DNA of 59,571 nt from Nemertoderma westbladi. Lineage: Eukaryota; Animalia; Xenacoelomorpha. The stretch spans positions 1-59,571 of the forward strand of contig JAUCBJ010008391.1 in the NCBI GenBank assembly GCA_032718475.1. Reading direction: 5' to 3'. A program made the position numbers and the translations under genes. Within the stretch, counting starts at the first letter, position 1. The number at the start of each line of letters is the position of its first letter. Under the pieces are notes generated by a model. The model made no database searches and had not been told where the DNA came from. It saw only the letters and a list, made by a program, of their open reading frames with translations. Shown piece by piece: positions 53,901 to 59,571 of this stretch.

Positions 53901-54245
53901 ATCATCGTCCAAGAAATTTATGAATTTATTATCTAAGAGATCAAGATTCACCACAGATGGTAAACGGAAGTCAGATATAGTTAAAATATATTCTTCGTAA
54001 TTTTCGATTTTTTGGAACGGCAGGGAATTCTCTATACAACTAAGACATAACCAATGTTCTAAGTTCCTAAAATAATTATAGTCTGTTCGTTTCACACCCG
54101 GTAAACATTTGATGTGACATATGTGTGAGCAAAATGCACACTGTATATCAGCAACATTTTTATTAATTATTCGACAACAGAAGGAACATTTTTTTCCGGT
54201 CATATAAAGAAATTTAAAAGTAGCAGAGTTGGACTTACAGTTCAA
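50915..54245 (-). CDS. LINE ORF2: PHD finger, APE endonuclease, reverse transcriptase; one frameshift near 51500
   Basis: CSFC...CAFCSHICHIKC...WLCLSC (PHD); NIRSL, LSETW, GDFN, IDNI, SDHLP (APE); FLDLSKAFDTVDH, GVPQGSILGP, FADD (RT); C-terminus continues in ORF 50915-51394. Confidence 0.9.
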
Positions 54246-54597
54246 AATAAAACTATCTTACTTACTTCCTAAATAAGTTTATTCTATACCTATGCTACTA
54301 GACTAAATCCTAATGATCTAGCCGCGACCTATAAATGCCCCCTTGAACCCAATCCTCACCCAATTGTCAGTATATCCCCTTCACCTGACCCTCACAGATA
54401 TATATATCACTACGTAGGTCTTATGCGATATAGTATGGCGTAGCTAACTAAATAGGATGCAGTTTTAAGCGGAAGTAGAAGCTTAATGTCCCTAGCCCAA
54501 TCTTTCCTATCCTAGTATAATATTTAACTAGCATTTGTATATAATTCTAATCTAAGAGATAAATATTTCAAAAATTGACTTTTTATATAATATTGAT

Positions 54598-55680
54598 TTA
54601 TTTGAATCCGAGAAATGTATTCTCGCCATCACTTAGATCCACGAATTGCTCTCTCCTTATTGACGCACTGATAATGTTGACACTATTCTCAACATCATTG
54701 TCACCCTTAGAGGAAACGAGATTCTCTGGCCGTGCGGTTTTCTGGTTTCGTGTTCCTGCTGTTACTGCCTCGTGAATATTGGGTTGTTTGCTCGACGCAA
54801 TATCCGATTTTCGTTTCAGATGTTTCACTTTCCGACTATGAGCATTCTTCTCCTCTGTACTGATGTCTTTGACTAGCCTCAGATCGTTGATATCATCGAT
54901 TGGTGTTGCGTATCCAGAAAGACCGATAGCAAATAGACGGCCATCCCTCGACCAACCAACCCCTTTTTCCCTTATTTTCTTCAGCGCATCGTAGCGGCGT
55001 TTAGTGAGCGACTCGGTTATGAACTTCCCAGTAGAACGCAGCTTAAATGCAGAACGCAATACCATAGACCGACACCGGTATCGCACAAATTTTATAAATA
55101 TAGCAGGATTCGAATCCTGGCGTGTATCAACAGGTAACCGGTGGCAGCGATCAATATCTTCCTCCGAAATCGGAACCTCCATGTCCTCATTGATGAATTT
55201 GAGGACAACATGAACGGTGTCGTCTTCGTTTTTCTCAGATTTTCGATCAAGAGGGATTCCGTGTAGGAGTAAACAATTAGTGCGTGAGAACTGTTCGATC
55301 CTATCTTGTTCAAGTTGAATATCTTTCATCATAACCTTAGCTTCCTTTAGATTTTGTAATAATAGTTGAAGTTTGTCATGCATTTGGTTAATTTCGTAGT
55401 CGATTAGAGTCTTAATTGAGTTGACAAGAGATTTCCGTTCCTTGGAGGATAGAAGATTGTTTGTTCGATCTTCATTGTGGCTGGCTGATTCTCCTTGTTG
55501 ATCCTCTACTTCTACTCTTGGCGATTGCATTAGATGACGATCAATTTCATCGTTTATCTGTTTGCCGATACTGTTGGCCATTCCAGATAGTGAGGATTCA
55601 AATGCGGATAAACGTTCTTCCTGATTTTCGATGAAAGAGTGGACGTTCAGAGATTTATTGCTTTGGCGTTTTTTTGGCAT
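54598..55680 (-). CDS. LINE ORF1: coiled coil plus RRM-type domain, 360 aa
   Basis: EQFSRTNCLLLHGIP, IDRCHRL, PAIFIKFVRY, FITESLTKRR, WSRDGRLF; directly upstream of ORF2. Confidence 0.88.
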   Translation of the reverse strand: MPKKRQSNKSLNVHSFIENQEERLSAFESSLSGMANSIGKQINDEIDRHLMQSPRVEVEDQQGESASHNEDRTNNLLSSKERKSLVNSIKTLIDYEINQMHDKLQLLLQNLKEAKVMMKDIQLEQDRIEQFSRTNCLLLHGIPLDRKSEKNEDDTVHVVLKFINEDMEVPISEEDIDRCHRLPVDTRQDSNPAIFIKFVRYRCRSMVLRSAFKLRSTGKFITESLTKRRYDALKKIREKGVGWSRDGRLFAIGLSGYATPIDDINDLRLVKDISTEEKNAHSRKVKHLKRKSDIASSKQPNIHEAVTAGTRNQKTARPENLVSSKGDNDVENSVNIISASIRREQFVDLSDGENTFLGFK

Positions 55681-55761
55681 GTTGGAAGTTGGCGGAGTTT
55701 TCGAGCAATCCTTGTATTTTCCTATCTCAACAGTCTGCTAGTTGACTAATAAATTGTATAA

Positions 55762-58700
55762 ATTGGGCCTAGGTATAAGCTTCTACGTACATATGTTCAC
55801 GTACATGATACAGTATACAGTATCCAGTCCAGTCAGCAATTAAACGTCACCACACCTGACGTAATTGAGACTATTAGTGCCCCTACCACACAGACAGTAG
55901 GTATCGTCCCTGCTTCTGGGTTTATAGTTGAGGGTGCTGCTCGACACCCTGATGATGAAATCCCTGATGATGAAATCCCTGATGCTGACAGCAGTGACGA
56001 TAGTAACACATCCTTGAGGCATCCTACAATTAATAAAAGTGCAGGTGGTTACATGGGTAAGGTAACCAAGGCGACAAATAAATTAACCAAATGCCTAGAC
56101 AGTGGATCCTATGACCCGGCAGATTTAGCCAGAATGCTAGATGAATATGATCAGCTGTTACACCTGCAAACAATCAATTTACAGAAGTTGGTGAGTATAG
56201 CGACCAAAGAGAGACAGTTTAAAACTCTGACATCCCTATATGATAAGTTGCAGGTAATTCGTAACCATTTCATAGATATGAATAAGCGTATAAATGTGCT
56301 TAGAGTAAATTATCGCGCTAGTTTGGAGGAGGGACCCGAAACCGAAACATTTGACTCTGAAGATATTGAGCTAAATGAATGGTTTCAGGGTTTCAAGGGT
56401 AAGTTGGAGATATATCTTCATAAGAAGGGAGTGGTAGTACCTGGACTACCATTACCAACAAAGGAGAACGAAAAATCAGGTAAGATAACTGCTCATGTAG
56501 ATGATAGTGTACCATCTCAATTAAGTGGAAGGTGGTATCGACATAGCGAGTCAGTAAGTTCGCAGTCAATAACTGCATCGCAGATGGACACAGTTAGAAG
56601 GTTAAGCGAAGATGGTCGCCGAGCCGAGATGGAGAAGTTACATTTTGAACAGAGCGAAGTGATACGAATAAGCACCGAGCTCGCGGAAGCTGAGTTGCAG
56701 ACGATCACCCAAGATATTTCGCGCTTAAGTTTAGCAGGAGGCAGTAATATTTTGGACACCACAACTCGAGATGAAGCCACCAGGCGGGAGAGGGAAGCGA
56801 ATGATCGTTTGCTAGAAATCGAGTGCGAAAGTGCCGAACGCGAGGCTCAACGCGCCCGAGCGGAAGCCAAAATTGAACACGCCAGGGCAGAGGCGGAACG
56901 TACCAAGGCGGATAAACTTGCAGCCATCGAACGGAGACGAATTGAGCGTGACACCAATGCTCAATTACAGCGTATTGCTGATGAGAATAAACGTCACGCA
57001 CATGAACGGGAGATTGCCCGCCAAAGATTAGAGTTGAAGGAAAAACAAGAGGCATTGATAATCGATCAACATCGAAAATTAGGGGAGCAGGAGCGCCACC
57101 GCAAAGCGAATGAGTTAGAGGATAATCGCCGTCGCATAGCCATGCAGTTAGAAGAAGCCAAGACAGCTCTTCGATGTCAGCGCGCCGAGTCATTGTTAAG
57201 TGGGATAGACCATGTTGCATCTTCCATAGAACGATACAATCAAACTCACGATAAGAAGGGAATGGAATCTAAAGTCCATTTTATTGAATCTTTTCATCGC
57301 CAGTTTGCAGGGAAGGGCTGGGTTAACCCAGAAGACGATTCTCCACCCAGCGTAATTTTGGAGCAACGACAGACCAGTGGGTCTGCGAGGATATTGAACT
57401 CCACCAATAGTAAGTGGCCTGACTACCCGCAACACCCTCGTGACCCCAAACACATGGACCATTTATCTCCACACCATTTGTTAGGTTGTAAGTGCATAGA
57501 ATGCCAGCACATTTCACCCATTATAAGGGGCATTATAAATCCGGCAGATAATGGTGAGTCACGCGAGAATTTTAGGATGAAGGAGGACGAACAATTGGTG
57601 GATTGGGACTATTCCCATGATAACCGTAACTTTAGACCGAACGAAACAACAGAACAACGTCAAGTTGGAATGTATCAATTACAACAAGCCATCCAAGAAG
57701 GCAACCAGAGGATGATGCAAGAGGTAAGAGACATTAAAGATCAGGTTCAACATATTGAAGGTAAAGTAAATCAAGAGTTTGAGTCTGTAAAGTGGTCGGT
57801 TCAGGAAGTGCAGGATAAAGTAGATAGTACTCAAAGAGAGCGTGAAAGGGTAGATATTCACACTCGAGAATTATCCGAGAATCTCCCTGAAGTAAACCCA
57901 ATCACACTACTAAAATCCAAGGTTCAATTTCAAGCGATGGAATGTAACACAGATTCGGAGGAAGTATATGATCCTTCATCGACTGCAAAAGGAATGTATC
58001 CGGGATCGAGACCACACTTTCAATCTAGAATATTTAAACCCGGCATGAAGTTGAACCAACAACCAAGAAATATTCGAGGTTCTTCAAATGTAGAAGGGAG
58101 TGGCTCAACGCCAGTAACAGTGATCGCATCAGAGTTATCTAAATTTGGTGCGAGACAGAGTCTCCCTCCACAGCAACCACCTTGTTTCACTGGATTACCG
58201 AAACACTGGAGAAGTTTCATTCATTATATAGATTCCTGTGTAGCGTCACAGGATTTTACATCACATGAGAAATTTTGTTATCTATACCAATTCTTAAAAG
58301 GGGAACCCAAGGAACTAGTAAGTACATTTGTGGGAGACGATAATGCCTTTGAATCTGCCTATGAGCGGTTAGTAACCACCTATGGTGGTAATGTTAGAAT
58401 GGCTCGCTCAGTAGTTGAAGAATTGACAAAGGGAAATCCAGCCGTAACACCCATAGAAGTAGTGAAACTAGCCGATGCTATAAAATCAGCAATCAAGATT
58501 TTGCCAATATATGGGTGTGAGCATTACGGATCCAGACCGGATATTCTACGAGACATTATGAAACGACTTACACTGCGCCATAGGCGAAAGGTAAGGGGCC
58601 TAGAAAGCCGAGTAGAAGCTAGGGGGGAATCACTATCTATTAAACATATTTACGATGTAATATCAGCAGAAGGTGAGGCCGAGTTGAGGTCTAATTACCC

Positions 58701-59571
58701 TGAAGAGTATTTAGGAGTAGAAAGACGTCAGCAACTCAAATTTAAGAGCACAATGGTAAGTGCTGGTAACCCAGCATCATCATACACTTCCTTATCTGAC
58801 CAAGAAATGACAAAGGTGAATTCGGCTGCGGGATATAGCGCCAAAATTAAAGTAGCGCCACCCATTGGACCCAAGGTAACTACAGTGCAACAATTGCCAC
58901 CAGATTTTCGTGGATGTCAATATTGTCATCAATTGACTCAGAAATCAAATGACCACAAGCTGGTAGGGTGCAACCTGTTTTCCAAACTCGATGTAGAGAA
59001 ACGGCGTTTAGCCATTCGGTCGCTAGACGCTTGCTGGAAGTGTTTAGGCACTGGGCATAAGCGGCGGGACTGTACCACCTCTAGCGTAAGTAAGGGATGC
59101 GTTGACTGTGTTCGATTGCACCACAGATTATTGCACACATCTCAACACACGCCTACTAAAAGATATCTACAGGACCATCCTAGAGTATTGACTAGACCTG
59201 CTAATACCACCAAGCGCAACGTAACATTTGCCCAAACAACCGATTTTGAGACTAATTACCAATCAGGTTCATCAAGTGAAGGTGAATACGAGTACAGAGA
59301 AACTTCAGAACCAGAAATTTATGCAACTGATTCGGAACCCAGCACCACCCTGCTAACTCGAACGCAGTCCGCTGCTTTCAGCATAATTCAAGTCAAAATT
59401 CAAGGTGAGTTTGGTTCTAAGCGCATATATTGTCTATTAGATCATGCATCTAACCAAAGTTACGTTGATGAGGAAGTGGCAAGTGTGGTCGCAGACATGG
59501 AAAAAACCAAGTCGACACTAATGGAAGTTGGATCATTACATGGACAAAAGGAAATTCCCATCAAGTATGTG
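55762..59571 (+). CDS. Second BEL/Pao gag-pol ORF (open to window end; first ATG at 56053)
   Basis: Manual translation shows no stop from 55762 to 59571; long coiled coil, PPCFTGLPKHWRSF...EKFCYLYQFLKGEPK...AYERLVTTYG, knuckles CQYC...H...C, CWKCLGTGHKRRDC, CVDCVRLHHRLLH, protease CLLDHASNQSYV. Confidence 0.88.
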   Translation, partial: MGPRYKLLRTYVHVHDTVYSIQSSQQLNVTTPDVIETISAPTTQTVGIVPASGFIVEGAARHPDDEIPDDEIPDADSSDDSNTSLRHPTINKSAGGYMGKVTKATNKLTKCLDSGSYDPADLARMLDEYDQLLHLQTINLQKLVSIATKERQFKTLTSLYDKLQVIRNHFIDMNKRINVLRVNYRASLEEGPETETFDSEDIELNEWFQGFKGKLEIYLHKKGVVVPGLPLPTKENEKSGKITAHVDDSVPSQLSGRWYRHSESVSSQSITASQMDTVRRLSEDGRRAEMEKLHFEQSEVIRISTELAEAELQTITQDISRLSLAGGSNILDTTTRDEATRREREANDRLLEIECESAEREAQRARAEAKIEHARAEAERTKADKLAAIERRRIERDTNAQLQRIADENKRHAHEREIARQRLELKEKQEALIIDQHRKLGEQERHRKANELEDNRRRIAMQLEEAKTALRCQRAESLLSGIDHVASSIERYNQTHDKKGMESKVHFIESFHRQFAGKGWVNPEDDSPPSVILEQRQTSGSARILNSTNSKWPDYPQHPRDPKHMDHLSPHHLLGCKCIECQHISPIIRGIINPADNGESRENFRMKEDEQLVDWDYSHDNRNFRPNETTEQRQVGMYQLQQAIQEGNQRMMQEVRDIKDQVQHIEGKVNQEFESVKWSVQEVQDKVDSTQRERERVDIHTRELSENLPEVNPITLLKSKVQFQAMECNTDSEEVYDPSSTAKGMYPGSRPHFQSRIFKPGMKLNQQPRNIRGSSNVEGSGSTPVTVIASELSKFGARQSLPPQQPPCFTGLPKHWRSFIHYIDSCVASQDFTSHEKFCYLYQFLKGEPKELVSTFVGDDNAFESAYERLVTTYGGNVRMARSVVEELTKGNPAVTPIEVVKLADAIKSAIKILPIYGCEHYGSRPDILRDIMKRLTLRHRRKVRGLESRVEARGESLSIKHIYDVISAEGEAELRSNYPEEYLGVERRQQLKFKSTMVSAGNPASSYTSLSDQEMTKVNSAAGYSAKIKVAPPIGPKVTTVQQLPPDFRGCQYCHQLTQKSNDHKLVGCNLFSKLDVEKRRLAIRSLDACWKCLGTGHKRRDCTTSSVSKGCVDCVRLHHRLLHTSQHTPTKRYLQDHPRVLTRPANTTKRNVTFAQTTDFETNYQSGSSSEGEYEYRETSEPEIYATDSEPSTTLLTRTQSAAFSIIQVKIQGEFGSKRIYCLLDHASNQSYVDEEVASVVADMEKTKSTLMEVGSLHGQKEIPIKYV

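Larger units (their letters stand above)
50600..55760 (-). mobile_element. Near full-length CR1/L2-group LINE (boundaries approximate)
   Basis: ORF1 and ORF2 in tandem on minus strand with ~350-bp spacer and AT-rich 3' UTR; exact ends not identified. Confidence 0.85.

Overview
Repeat-rich animal (invertebrate-like) genomic DNA, almost entirely transposable elements and satellites, with three exons of one host gene. From left to right: (1) an IS3EU-like DNA transposon (left end cut by the window edge, right end ...CCGTA at 4950) with an intact DDE transposase and a convergent, intact HECT E3 ubiquitin ligase, long TIRs built from chained palindromes, inserted into a BEL-type LTR; (2) three in-phase exons (6475-6695, 18107-18240, 25304-25417) encoding the C-terminal part of a hemopexin-like domain, with introns full of RTE LINE fragments, non-autonomous DNA elements, (TTAC)n, (GACA)n and a 4-kb 22-bp minisatellite; (3) a 20-kb BEL/Pao LTR retrotransposon (26341-46358, TSD CTATA) with decayed gag-pol, a nested solo LTR of a sister family, no recognisable tRNA primer-binding site, a covarying RNA structure in the LTR 3' part, and an extra ~1400-aa ORF in the env position carrying a DEDDy-type 3'-5' exonuclease and zinc knuckles; (4) a MULE-like non-autonomous element; (5) a near-intact CR1/L2-group LINE on the minus strand; (6) a second BEL gag-pol ORF that runs off the right edge. 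The best candidates for something new are the exonuclease-carrying, apparently PBS-less BEL lineage and the HECT-ligase-carrying IS3EU transposon. All assignments are by eye from motifs; no database searches were run.
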